Positions 21,110 to 29,894 of a stretch of 32,000 nucleotides of DNA are shown one piece after another. Within the stretch, counting starts at the first letter, position 1; each line of letters starts with the position of its first letter. Under the pieces are notes generated by a model. That model made no database searches. It was given only the letters and a program-made list of their open reading frames with translations, and had not been told where the DNA came from. The stretch spans positions 1,530,001 to 1,562,000 of the forward strand of contig FP565575.1 of assembly GCA_000091165.1 (NCBI GenBank), written 5' to 3'. Made by a program: the position numbers and the translations under genes. This DNA comes from Candidatus Methylomirabilis oxygeniifera. Its GTDB lineage: Bacteria > Methylomirabilota > Methylomirabilia > Methylomirabilales > Methylomirabilaceae.

Positions 21110-22033
21110 CTAACGTAAGAAATCGAGCAGGTTGATCTGGCCGACCCTGGAGGCCGCAGCGAGGGCCGCCTGGTAGACATTCTGCGCTTGCTGGAATTCA
21201 ATAGAGGCCTCAGCCACATCGGTATCCTCGATTTTCGACAGCCGACCCCGCAACGCGAGCAGGTCGTTCTGCGACCGCGCCTGGATATCGCGGATACGGC
21301 CGATCCTGGAGCCGACATCGGCGCTGACCACGCGCACCTGATCGATAGCAGCCTCAAGATCCGTCAGGCTCGCCTCCACCCCCGCGACATTCCCTGCCCT
21401 CAACTGGTCCCTGACCGTGATCAACAGCGGGAACATGTCCGGCCGAGGCAGAGTCGAGGTAAAAACTGTCGAGCCGGGAACATTGACTACGACCTGCAGT
21501 CCGCCCGGAAGGCCCGCACGTACTTCGCCATCGATTCCAGAAGCGAGTGTCACGCCGGTCATTTCGCCAGTTAGCGGGACACGGGCGAAAGGAAGCACAC
21601 CAGTCGTACTAGTCGTATACGTACCGCCGAAGAGAAAGCCATCTATCGAACGCGCATTGGCGTCGGACCATAGCCGCTCGAGCTTTTGGTTCACCTGCGT
21701 CGCCAGATTCTGCCGATCGGACAAAGTCAAGGCCCCATCTATGCCTCGAATGGCTAGGTCCTTCACATCATTCAGATCCGATAGAATACCCGCCAGGACG
21801 TCCGCCGACGCCTGCAATCTAGCCTCAGCCTGGTCACCGTTTCGCTGGGCCTGCAACAGTTTGCTTACCGACTCTCGAAGCCAGACGGCCAGACCGGCGC
21901 CAACGGGATCATCCGAGGCGGTCGCCATCCGCCGTGAGCTGGCGACCTGGCGCTGACGCTCAAAGAGGCGAATGGCGGCCCTGTTGATATCGGCCGTCAA
22001 TTGGTGGAAGATTGCATTGCTCGTAATGCGCAT
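21110..22033 (-). CDS. flgL: Flagellar hook-associated protein FlgL
   Basis: 'MRITSNAIFHQLTADINRAAIRLFERQRQVASSRRMATASDDPVGAG...' and C-terminal '...TDVAEASIEFQQAQNVYQAALAAASRVGQINLLDFLR'. Confidence 0.94.
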   Translation of the reverse strand: MRITSNAIFHQLTADINRAAIRLFERQRQVASSRRMATASDDPVGAGLAVWLRESVSKLLQAQRNGDQAEARLQASADVLAGILSDLNDVKDLAIRGIDGALTLSDRQNLATQVNQKLERLWSDANARSIDGFLFGGTYTTSTTGVLPFARVPLTGEMTGVTLASGIDGEVRAGLPGGLQVVVNVPGSTVFTSTLPRPDMFPLLITVRDQLRAGNVAGVEASLTDLEAAIDQVRVVSADVGSRIGRIRDIQARSQNDLLALRGRLSKIEDTDVAEASIEFQQAQNVYQAALAAASRVGQINLLDFLR

Positions 22034-22070
22034 CGGCGTCCCTCCGTCCGACGTGTTGGGCTGTGCGTCA

Positions 22071-22472
22071 TCATCGACTCAGCTTATCGTACTCCGGGTA
22101 CAGGCTCTTTTCTTCCTTGGTTATTCTCTGGCTGAGAACCGTATACAGCCGGCCGAAGTCTTTGGCAAATTCCAACCCGGAACCTCCATGCGCATATTTT
22201 TCAAAAAAGTTTAAGGCATCTTTAGATACCATCTCCATGTCGCGGGCAAAGAGATCCAGTGTCCGTTTCAACGAATCGTTATTTTTCGCTTCTTGATTTA
22301 AGGCCGGATACAATTGCCCATCTTCGGCCTTGAGATGCGCAAGCAAGCCGATTTTCGCAGAGAGCAATTTATGCTGCCCTTCCTTTGAGCCAACACCAAG
22401 CTCCTTGACTTTGTTAAGAGCGTCAACCAGCGACACATGCTCTCTTTTCAATCTCTCGACCAACATGGACAT
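22071..22472 (-). CDS. Hemerythrin (HHE)-like domain protein, possibly with incomplete metal ligands
   Basis: 'MSMLVERLKREHVSLVDALNKVKEL...LLAHLKAEDGQLYPAL...LSQRITKEEKSLYPEYDKLSR'. Start reassigned to ATG 22472, preceded by aaggagagatgcc. Confidence 0.7.
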   Translation of the reverse strand: MSMLVERLKREHVSLVDALNKVKELGVGSKEGQHKLLSAKIGLLAHLKAEDGQLYPALNQEAKNNDSLKRTLDLFARDMEMVSKDALNFFEKYAHGGSGLEFAKDFGRLYTVLSQRITKEEKSLYPEYDKLSR

Positions 22473-22553
22473 GGCATCTCTCCTTTGTGCGTCATAATGC
22501 CTATCACCGGCGTAACCGTCCACACGTCTGACGTGAGATCACGCAACTTCGAT

Positions 22554-23954
22554 CTAGCGGCCAAGTTGGCTCATCAACGTTCCCAGAAGGTCGTTCACCA
22601 CGTTTGCAAAGTGGGCGGCCGCCTCGTACGCTTTCTGGAAACGGATCAGGTCGGTCATCTCCTCGTCCAGCGAGACGCCGGAAGCCTGATCTCGTCGGCT
22701 GGTTAAAAAGTCCGCCATTGTCGTGTGCAGGTTGACCGACCGCTTCGCGCCCGCCTCCTGCTCGGCAAGATCGCTCACAAGACCGCTCAGGTAACTCCCG
22801 AATGTGACGCTCCCTAGTGCCACAATGGAATTATCCTGAAGATCCGCCAGAGCCAGCGCTTGACTGTTATCGCCAGGAACCCCTACCGCTGTACTTGCTG
22901 CCGCAATTTTGGCGACATCCGCGTCTATGACCGGGTCAACGACGATCAATCGGGCTGCATTGACTGTCGCCACAAGAGGCGTAAACAGGTTGTTGCCGGT
23001 CGACCCATCCAAACCAAACCCAGCCATATGAACGACATTGACCTTATCGACAATCGCCTTCGCCAGCGCATCCAATTGCGACTGGAACCCTTTGACGAAG
23101 CCGTCGGAGGCGTTTCTGGAGTTGAGCAACCCGGCCAGCCTTCCGCCGCCAGGGGTGAGCAGATTGCCGCCGAGGGACAGACGGACGTAAGCCGGATCGG
23201 TGGTATCGACCGTAATCGGGACACTGGTAAGCCCATCGACGAGCGTCAGCCCTCCCCCTACCGTCACCCGGACCTGGCCACCTATGTCTTCGACTAAGGA
23301 TCCGCCCACGAGCTTTGAGAGCTCGTCAAGCGCCTGGTCGCGTTGGTCTCGCAGATCATTAGCCGACCCGGCTCCACCTTCAGACATCGCAATCTGTCGG
23401 TTCAGATCGGCGATCTGCTGAGCCAGCCCGTTGACCTGCTTCACAACTACCTGGATCTCGTTATGCAGATCGATCTTCAACCGCTCAAACCCATCGTCCA
23501 GGCGATGAAACTGGTCCGCCAGCGCCATGGCCTTGTCGCGGACTACGGACCTGACCGCGAGATCGGTCGGATAGTTGGCCAAATCCTGAAACGATGCGAA
23601 AAGCGCGGACATGCTATTGGACAAGCCGTTTTCGGTCGGCTCGCCAACGATCAACTCAATCTGTGAGAGGGTCGCCTCCTCTGCCTCCTGCCGGCTCAGG
23701 GCCTGATGCGCGTCTCTGAACTGGCTGTCCAGCAGCAGATCCCGGATTCTGGTAATATCTTTGATATCAACGCCGGTTCCCAGCGAACCGACCGAACCTA
23801 ACGAAAACGGTACAGCGGGGGTCAGATCGACACGCTGCCTCGTAAAACCCGGGGTATTGGCGTTCGCAATGTTGTGGCCGGTGGTTTGGATCGCTACCTG
23901 CTGCGCTTGAAGCGCCTTTCTGGCCATGGTAAGAGATGCCTGGAGACTGATCAT
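22554..23954 (-). CDS. flgK: Flagellar hook-associated protein FlgK
   Basis: 'MISLQASLTMARKALQAQQVAIQTTGHNIANANTPGFTRQRVDLTPAVPFSLGSVGSLGTGVDIKDITRIRDLLLDSQFR' and C-terminal '...EMTDLIRFQKAYEAAAHFANVVNDLLGTLM'. Confidence 0.96.
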   Translation of the reverse strand: MISLQASLTMARKALQAQQVAIQTTGHNIANANTPGFTRQRVDLTPAVPFSLGSVGSLGTGVDIKDITRIRDLLLDSQFRDAHQALSRQEAEEATLSQIELIVGEPTENGLSNSMSALFASFQDLANYPTDLAVRSVVRDKAMALADQFHRLDDGFERLKIDLHNEIQVVVKQVNGLAQQIADLNRQIAMSEGGAGSANDLRDQRDQALDELSKLVGGSLVEDIGGQVRVTVGGGLTLVDGLTSVPITVDTTDPAYVRLSLGGNLLTPGGGRLAGLLNSRNASDGFVKGFQSQLDALAKAIVDKVNVVHMAGFGLDGSTGNNLFTPLVATVNAARLIVVDPVIDADVAKIAAASTAVGVPGDNSQALALADLQDNSIVALGSVTFGSYLSGLVSDLAEQEAGAKRSVNLHTTMADFLTSRRDQASGVSLDEEMTDLIRFQKAYEAAAHFANVVNDLLGTLMSQLGR

Positions 23955-23966
23955 GCGTCGCTCACC

Positions 23967-24482
23967 TTATGCTTGGCTGTTCAGTATCGAAAGGGACGGC
24001 GACTGGGTCACAATACTCCCATCCCCCTGGTAGAGGGGAACCTGGGTCACCGCAGACGTAAGGAGCGACAGTGAGCCCTTCATGTACATGATCGATCGAT
24101 CCAGCAACGCCCCGTTCCAGCCGTTCTCTTCCACCAGCGTAGTCGCCAGTAAGGTCAGTCGATCCATGAGGCTCCGGTACGATGTCGCATGCGAGGCCGG
24201 TACGAGGTTAACGAGGCGAAATAGCGTGAAATCTACCAACGGGATGCCGTACATGGCGCTTGCCCTGTTCATCAGTGCGCCTCGGGCCTCCTGAATGATC
24301 TTCAGTTCGAGCGCCAGTGTCTCTTTTCGCTTCATCAGCTCGGCCAGGGCGCCAAGGTCGCCCTTGACGATCAGACCTCTCTCCTGACGGAGGAGCCGGA
24401 GCAGTGCCTCATACTTCTCGGCCTCTTGTTCGAGTACTTGAGCCAAATCTTCCAGTAGCATCATCATTGTCTGAGACACCAT
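23967..24482 (-). CDS. flgN: FlgN-family flagellar chaperone
   Basis: Helical FlgN-like sequence and synteny between flgK and flgM. Confidence 0.8.
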   Translation of the reverse strand: MVSQTMMMLLEDLAQVLEQEAEKYEALLRLLRQERGLIVKGDLGALAELMKRKETLALELKIIQEARGALMNRASAMYGIPLVDFTLFRLVNLVPASHATSYRSLMDRLTLLATTLVEENGWNGALLDRSIMYMKGSLSLLTSAVTQVPLYQGDGSIVTQSPSLSILNSQA

Positions 24483-24576
24483 TTATAAGGCTGGAGGTAG
24501 ATAGGCCGAAGGTGGAAGGTCTTAGACTACTTCAGTCTTCGGTCTTCAGCCTAACCCCTTCTTGTAAGCCTGACCG

Positions 24577-24885
24577 CTACACAAGACGATCGAACAGGCC
24601 CTGTCCGATCATCTTCGCTGCGACCTCGCGACCCTTGACGTTATACACCCCTCGCTGGATCATACCCTTAAGCTCCGCCACCTTTTCGTGGCGAACCTCA
24701 GGCGAGGCCGCCAGGAGCGTTCGAGTCTGCTGAAGCGCCTTTGCCGCCTGCGAGAGTTCGACGCGATCGGCAGGCGCGTCATGAGCCGGAGCCGACTGTT
24801 TCGATTCTGGTCGCTCCGCCGCGTCCTGGACTCGGTTAAGATGGGGATTAATATTCGTACTGTCGCCACGGTTCTCGATTTTCAC
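24577..24885 (-). CDS. flgM: Anti-sigma-28 factor FlgM
   Basis: 'DRVELSQAAKALQQTRTLLAASPEVRHEKVAELKGMIQRGVYNVKGREVAAKMI'. Confidence 0.9.
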   Translation of the reverse strand: MKIENRGDSTNINPHLNRVQDAAERPESKQSAPAHDAPADRVELSQAAKALQQTRTLLAASPEVRHEKVAELKGMIQRGVYNVKGREVAAKMIGQGLFDRLV

Positions 24886-24953
24886 CGGTCTACTCCTTCT
24901 ACAAGCAGCCTTCAGATATCAGCGGTCAGCTCATAGCCGATCAATGATCGCTA

Positions 24954-25316
24954 TCAGCGGTCTCTCTTTGTGATATCGGTAGATTGGGACGGTTCCTTGA
25001 GTCGATTTTCGTGGACGTCAGCTCTCAGGGTCGCCCGCAGTTGCTGTTCCAGCATCTTCCCCACACCGATCCCCCCGCTACGGGCGATCGCCTTCGCGAT
25101 CTCATCGGTGAACAACTGCCGATAGAGGTCCTGCGACAGCCCACCGCCAAACAGCCCGGCCTGCTCACTCGGCCGCGCCTCCTTGAGGAGTGAGGCGATC
25201 AGGATTGCTTCGAACCCTTGGGCCACTTCTTTGAGCTTCTGCTCTTCCGGCTGCGTACGCTGTTGCGCGGCGTGCAGTCCCGGCGATACCTTGCCCAAAT
25301 TCATACGATCCTCCAA
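24954..25316 (-). CDS. flgJ: FlgJ N-terminal (rod-binding) domain protein, no muramidase domain
   Basis: 'KLKEVAQGFEAILIASLLKEARPSEQAGLFGGGLSQDLYRQLFTDEIAKAIARSGGIGVGKMLEQQL'; 120 aa only. Confidence 0.88.
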   Translation of the reverse strand: MEDRMNLGKVSPGLHAAQQRTQPEEQKLKEVAQGFEAILIASLLKEARPSEQAGLFGGGLSQDLYRQLFTDEIAKAIARSGGIGVGKMLEQQLRATLRADVHENRLKEPSQSTDITKRDR

Positions 25317-25322
25317 CCGGCA

Positions 25323-26516
25323 TTACATAATTTGCAGTTCGCCCTGCAAGGCGCCTGCGGCCTTGATCGCCTGCAGCAGGGAAATCATGTCCCGCGGCGT
25401 GACCGCCAGTGCGTTAAGCGCCTTGATCACATCCCCGATACTGACGCCCTCACCCATAAGGTTGACGCGAGTCCTATCTTCTCTCGCCTCTATTTCGGTC
25501 CTAGGCACGACGGTCGTCTTGCCTTCAGACAGCGGAGCCGGCTGGGAGACCAACAGTTCCGACCGGATTTGCAGACTCAGGTTGCTGTGGGCGACAGCCA
25601 CCGTCGAGATACGCACCTGACTGCCCATAATGATCGTCCCCGTCCGTTCATTGACGACCACCTTTGCCGTCATATCAGGCACCAGGCTCAGGTTCTCAAT
25701 AGCCGCAATCAGCTCCACCGGATTGGCCAGATACGAGTCGGGAACCCGGATCTCGACCGTGGACGCATCCTTCGCCCTGGTTTCCGCTCCGAGTGAGTGC
25801 CCGACCGCCTGGGCCATTCGGATGGCGGTGGTAAAGTCAGGATTGGTCAGCACGAGCAGCAGTTGCTGGGCCTTCAGGAAATCCGCGGACGGCTCCCGCT
25901 CTACAATCGCTCCGTTGGGAACCCTACCCACAGTCGGATGGTTCTTCTGGACCTTTTCGCCCGTCCCTCCCGCCTCAAAATTGAATCCTCCGATAGAAAT
26001 CGCACCCTGCGCCACGGCGTAGACCTGACCGTCGGCAGCCTGAAGGGGGGTAATCAACAGCATGCCGCCCTGTAAATTGGTCGCATCTCCCATCGACGAG
26101 ACCGTCACGTCCAGGGTGCTGCCCGCTTTGGCGAAGGGCGGCAGCTTCGCTGTCACCATAACTGCCGCTACGTTTTTCAGCGTCAGACGCTCGGCCGGTA
26201 CGGTAATTCCGAGCTTCTTGAGCATGCTGACCACAGCCTGGATCGTAAAGGTGACCTGTGCCCTGTCCCCTGTCCCGGCGAGCCCAACCACCAGGCCGTA
26301 TCCAAACAGTTCATTTTCCCGAACTCCCTGAATCTTCGCGATATCCTTGATCCTCGCCTCGGCCATGGCAGGAGCCGGCAAGGTTGCCGTAACGGCGCTC
26401 AGTACCGTGACGATAACAGCGACCATCGCCGCGCTCCGCACCCATAAATCCCCCCGCATCCCCCCTTTGATAAAGGGGGGTGAGGGGGGATTTTCTGCGC
26501 TCTGCATTCGTTGCAC
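25323..26516 (-). CDS. flgI: Flagellar P-ring protein FlgI
   Basis: 'EARIKDIAKIQGVRENELFGYGLVVGLAGTGDRAQVTFTIQAVVSMLKKLGITVPAERLTLKNVAAVMVTAKLPPFAKAGSTLDVTVSSMGDATNLQGGMLLITPLQAADGQVYAVAQGAISIGGF'. N-terminal start uncertain (see findings). Confidence 0.96.
   Translation of the reverse strand: MQRMQSAENPPSPPFIKGGMRGDLWVRSAAMVAVIVTVLSAVTATLPAPAMAEARIKDIAKIQGVRENELFGYGLVVGLAGTGDRAQVTFTIQAVVSMLKKLGITVPAERLTLKNVAAVMVTAKLPPFAKAGSTLDVTVSSMGDATNLQGGMLLITPLQAADGQVYAVAQGAISIGGFNFEAGGTGEKVQKNHPTVGRVPNGAIVEREPSADFLKAQQLLLVLTNPDFTTAIRMAQAVGHSLGAETRAKDASTVEIRVPDSYLANPVELIAAIENLSLVPDMTAKVVVNERTGTIIMGSQVRISTVAVAHSNLSLQIRSELLVSQPAPLSEGKTTVVPRTEIEAREDRTRVNLMGEGVSIGDVIKALNALAVTPRDMISLLQAIKAAGALQGELQIM
26460..26480. 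repeat. Short hairpin repeat CCCCCCTTT-GAT-AAAGGGGGG
   Basis: Perfect 9-bp inverted arms (26460-26468 and 26472-26480), 3-nt loop, continuing into tgagggggga; translates in frame as PPSPPFIKGG. Confidence 0.75.
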
Positions 26517-26528
26517 TCTATACTCCCC

Positions 26529-27143
26529 TCAGTAGAGGAACAGCCAGTCGGCAAAACGGTTCAGGAGGCCTGGGCGCTGCTTCTCGGCCAGCGCGCCCTT
26601 CCCTTCCAGAACAATCTCCGCATCGGCGATCTGTGTCGATAAAATGGTATTGGCGGGAGTGATGTCTACCTGACGGATTACCCCACTAATCGCTACGTAT
26701 TGGCTTTCGTCGTTGGCCCGGACCGCCCGGCGCCCCTCAATGATGAGATTGCCGCTCGGCAGCACTTTGACCACTCGCGCTACGACTCTTGCCGTCACTT
26801 CATCACTCCGGGTGATAGAGCCCGACCCCTTATGCTCATTCGCCCCTTCAAAAGCATATTGTGTCTTATCCCCCAATGGCAGACCAAAGAGGCTCGACAG
26901 GTTGGCAGAGTTCGTAGACTCCTTCTTAGTGTTGGTCTCAGTCTGACGATTGAGACTGCTCGATTCTGTCACGAGAACGGTGACAATGTCACCCACGTGC
27001 TGCGCTTTAGTATCGACAAAGAGGAAACCGGAACCGATATCCCGCCATAACGATTCCCCGGAGGCTGTTCCGCCGCACAGCCAGAGCGCCGCCGCCAACC
27101 CCGCACACCATCGTTTCATGCTACTGATCGCTAATGGCCGCAT
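26529..27143 (-). CDS. flgH: Flagellar L-ring protein FlgH
   Basis: 'SLWRDIGSGFLFVDTKAQHVGDIVTVLVTESSSLNRQTETNTKKESTNSANLSSLFG...VKVLPSGNLIIEGRRAVRANDESQYVAISGVIRQVDITPANTILSTQIADAEIVLEGKGALAEKQRPG'. Confidence 0.95.
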   Translation of the reverse strand: MRPLAISSMKRWCAGLAAALWLCGGTASGESLWRDIGSGFLFVDTKAQHVGDIVTVLVTESSSLNRQTETNTKKESTNSANLSSLFGLPLGDKTQYAFEGANEHKGSGSITRSDEVTARVVARVVKVLPSGNLIIEGRRAVRANDESQYVAISGVIRQVDITPANTILSTQIADAEIVLEGKGALAEKQRPGLLNRFADWLFLY

Positions 27144-28198
27144 TATTCAGACCCGATCCGGATTGTCTTGTCGGTTTCCAGCTTCCCGATGACCTCTCTG
27201 CCGGACGCCGTATTTTTCACCCGAACAAGCTGGCCGGCTTTGCCCACCTCCTGGGCAATCCCCTTCGCCGTAACCAGTAAGCGTGGAGTCTCGACCATCA
27301 GAGTGACAACCTCCCCTTTCTGGATGAGGGGCGGCAGTTCCACCGATTCGGAGACCACAACCTCCCCCATAGCCAACGTCCGAGTCGTCCGACGGCCAAC
27401 GGCCAGCGTAAGGTCTTGAAGCGGCTCGTGAGCCAGCGGGCCGATGTCCCGACGCTCAAGGCGTACATCAGCCCCCTTCACGACCGTATGACGAGGCAAA
27501 GGGTAATTTACCACCACGACCTCGCGCATAAGCGACAGCCTCACGGCGAGCGACACGGCCCGGTAGAGCCGTCCATCGATCCAGACTTCCACAATGACAG
27601 GAATCGACCCGAGGCCAACCGACGACTGGAAACGCGGTCTCGCCCTCAGCTCGATCTCGCCGGGCGGGACCACGAGAGCGGGGGGAAGCGTATCGGGACG
27701 AACCGTGATCCGTTCCAGCTCCTGTTCTCGCCCTTTGAGGACCGCCGACTTAGCGGCCTGGAACAACTCATCGCTCTCGATCACCCGATGCGCGCCCGCA
27801 ACCATGACGTGGCGAGGCGACTCGATCCGGATGCCGGACGGATCGATCCTGTATTGACGAAGTTTGATCACGATCAAGTCGGGATCAAACGTCCGAGTGA
27901 GACCGGGCGGCGGCGCCTGTCCGACCGGAAGGGCTTCGAGCGCTTCCGACAGCGACTGACTCTGCGCAGTAATCTCGGCAAGATCCTTGAGGAGAATCTC
28001 CTTACCCCGCACCGTCGCCGATTCTTTCACCCGAATGACCGCACGAGGCATACGTTCACGCTGCTCCAGCGGGAGGCCCTGGCCGGCCGGCGCGGACTGC
28101 ACAACAGCGATCACGATCGCCAGCACTACACCCGCTACCTGGGTTGCCCTGGGTAGGCAGAAGATGACTCCGCTCGTTCCGTCCATTCCGCGTCCCAT
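27143..28198 (-). CDS. flgA: Flagellar basal body P-ring formation chaperone FlgA
   Basis: C-terminal SAF-like region 'VVVVNYPLPRHTVVKGADVRLERRDIGPLAHEPLQDLTLAVGRRTTRTLAMGEVVVSESVELPPLIQKGEVVTLMVETPRLLVTAKGIAQEVGKAGQLVRVKNTASGREVIGKL'. Confidence 0.92.
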   Translation of the reverse strand: MGRGMDGTSGVIFCLPRATQVAGVVLAIVIAVVQSAPAGQGLPLEQRERMPRAVIRVKESATVRGKEILLKDLAEITAQSQSLSEALEALPVGQAPPPGLTRTFDPDLIVIKLRQYRIDPSGIRIESPRHVMVAGAHRVIESDELFQAAKSAVLKGREQELERITVRPDTLPPALVVPPGEIELRARPRFQSSVGLGSIPVIVEVWIDGRLYRAVSLAVRLSLMREVVVVNYPLPRHTVVKGADVRLERRDIGPLAHEPLQDLTLAVGRRTTRTLAMGEVVVSESVELPPLIQKGEVVTLMVETPRLLVTAKGIAQEVGKAGQLVRVKNTASGREVIGKLETDKTIRIGSE

Positions 28199-28233
28199 AC
28201 CCTACACCCTAGACCCTATACCCTGGCACTTCC

Positions 28234-29022
28234 TCATCTCCTGATGTTGTTCGAGACCTGGAGCATCTCATCGGCTGCCTGAACCGCCTTTGATCCGGCC
28301 TCATAAGCCCGCTGACTCATGATGAGGTTGACCATCTCCTCCACCACTTTGACGTTTGACAACTCCAGAAAGCCTTGGCCGATCGTCCCAAGACCCTGAG
28401 TCCCAGGGGCGCCGCTGGTCGGGTCGCCGGAGGCCGAGGTCGGCAGGGAGAGGTTTCGGCCCACGCTCTGCAGGCCGGCCGGATTGATGAAACGACTCAG
28501 CTCGATCGTCCCTATCTGCTGGCTGGCCGTCTGTCCCGGAATGGTCGCCGACACCACACCGTCAGAGCCGACATGGATCGTCATCGCCTGCGCAGGAATG
28601 GACACCTCGGGCTGCAGCGCGAAGCCATCGGATGTCACAACCCGCCCGTTGGCGTCACGTTTGAAGCTGCCGGCACGGGTATAGGCGATCGTTCCATCGG
28701 GCCGCAAGACCTGAAAGAACCCGTCACCTTCGATCATCAGATCGAGCGGATTTTCGGTCTGCTGCGGATCGCCCTGGATATAGATCCGCTGGCTCGCTAT
28801 CGGCTTGCTCCCATGCCCGACCTGGATGCCGACCGGAATCTCGGCGCCGCTTGCCGTAGAAGCGCCGGCAGGCCGATATGTCTGGTAAAACAGGTCCTGA
28901 AAATCGAGGCGACTCCGCTTGAACCCGGTCGTATTGACGTTGGCCAGGTTATTTGCGATGTTGTCCAGATTCAGTTGCTGAGCCTGCATCCCGGCTACGG
29001 CGCTGAACAATGCTCGGATCAT
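28234..29022 (-). CDS. flgG: Flagellar distal rod protein FlgG
   Basis: 'MIRALFSAVAGMQAQQLNLDNIANNLANVNTTGFKRSRLDFQDLFYQTYRPAG...' and C-terminal '...VKVVEEMVNLIMSQRAYEAGSKAVQAADEMLQVSNNIRR'. Confidence 0.97.
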   Translation of the reverse strand: MIRALFSAVAGMQAQQLNLDNIANNLANVNTTGFKRSRLDFQDLFYQTYRPAGASTASGAEIPVGIQVGHGSKPIASQRIYIQGDPQQTENPLDLMIEGDGFFQVLRPDGTIAYTRAGSFKRDANGRVVTSDGFALQPEVSIPAQAMTIHVGSDGVVSATIPGQTASQQIGTIELSRFINPAGLQSVGRNLSLPTSASGDPTSGAPGTQGLGTIGQGFLELSNVKVVEEMVNLIMSQRAYEAGSKAVQAADEMLQVSNNIRR

Positions 29023-29039
29023 CTGCGCTCCTTTTTCTG

Positions 29040-29777
29040 TTAGATTCTGCCCAACTCAGAGGCCGCCTGGTTTAGGCTCTGGTCCAGCGCATGGATCGCC
29101 TTCTGATAGGCCTCCGACGCGCGTAGGGAGACCATGATCTGCGTCATGGCGGTGACGGCATCAACGTTCGATCCCTCCAGGAATCCCTGGCGGATCTCGA
29201 CCGTCTTCGCAACAGGGGGCTCCGGGGCGCTTGGCTTGAGGGTAAAGAGGCTACCTCCCCCTCGGATAAGAGCGGTAGAATCCGGATCGACGATTCGCAG
29301 GCGATCAACCTCCTGTCCCTCCACCAGAATCCGCCCACTGTTATCCACAATGAACCGCCCGCCAGGAATCTGAACCGCCCCTTTCTTACCCTGAACGCGG
29401 CTGCCATCCGGGGTCTCCAGATGTCCCTCGGCATCGATAGCGAAATTGCCGGCCCGCGTGTAGCGCACTCCTTGTGGCGTCTGTACGACAAAGTAGCCGG
29501 GGCCGCTGTTGGCCAGGTCCAGCGGATTCTGTGTCTCACGGATCAGGCCTCGACCGAAATCGGTCACGCGGCGACCAATCCAGACCGGCTGAGGACCTTC
29601 CGGCCGCCCTTCGATGAGTAGGGCGGATTGAAGCGGTCCTCTGGCGCCTCCTTCGATGACCATGAGGTCACCTTTGAACCCGGGCGTTCCCGTGTTGGCG
29701 AGATTCTGCGACAGCGCCTCCATCTTCGCCATCTGCGCCATCAGACCGGACGCTGCCGTATACAGTCCACTCACCAT
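29040..29777 (-). CDS. flgF: Flagellar proximal rod protein FlgF
   Basis: 'MVSGLYTAASGLMAQMAKMEALSQNLANTGTPGFKGDLMVIEGG...GSNVDAVTAMTQIMVSLRASEAYQKAIHALDQ'. Confidence 0.93.
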   Translation of the reverse strand: MVSGLYTAASGLMAQMAKMEALSQNLANTGTPGFKGDLMVIEGGARGPLQSALLIEGRPEGPQPVWIGRRVTDFGRGLIRETQNPLDLANSGPGYFVVQTPQGVRYTRAGNFAIDAEGHLETPDGSRVQGKKGAVQIPGGRFIVDNSGRILVEGQEVDRLRIVDPDSTALIRGGGSLFTLKPSAPEPPVAKTVEIRQGFLEGSNVDAVTAMTQIMVSLRASEAYQKAIHALDQSLNQAASELGRI

Positions 29778-29894
29778 CAGATTGCCTCCTTTCGCGAACT
29801 CTCACTCCGCGTCTACCCGAGGAGAGACAGCAAGCCGTGTGCCACCGCCATTCCATGGAAAAGAGGGGCAATCTCAGAGAAAAAAGGGGGGGGT

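Noticed and set aside
25183-25796. 145- and 192-aa plus-strand ORFs opposite flgI/flgJ
   Set aside because: Antisense ORFs typical of high-GC coding sequence; strong flgI/flgJ evidence on the opposite strand.
27416-28156. 246-aa plus-strand ORF opposite flgA
   Set aside because: Antisense shadow; no recognisable domain and flgA is well supported.
28375-29043. 222-aa plus-strand ORF opposite flgG
   Set aside because: Antisense shadow of flgG.
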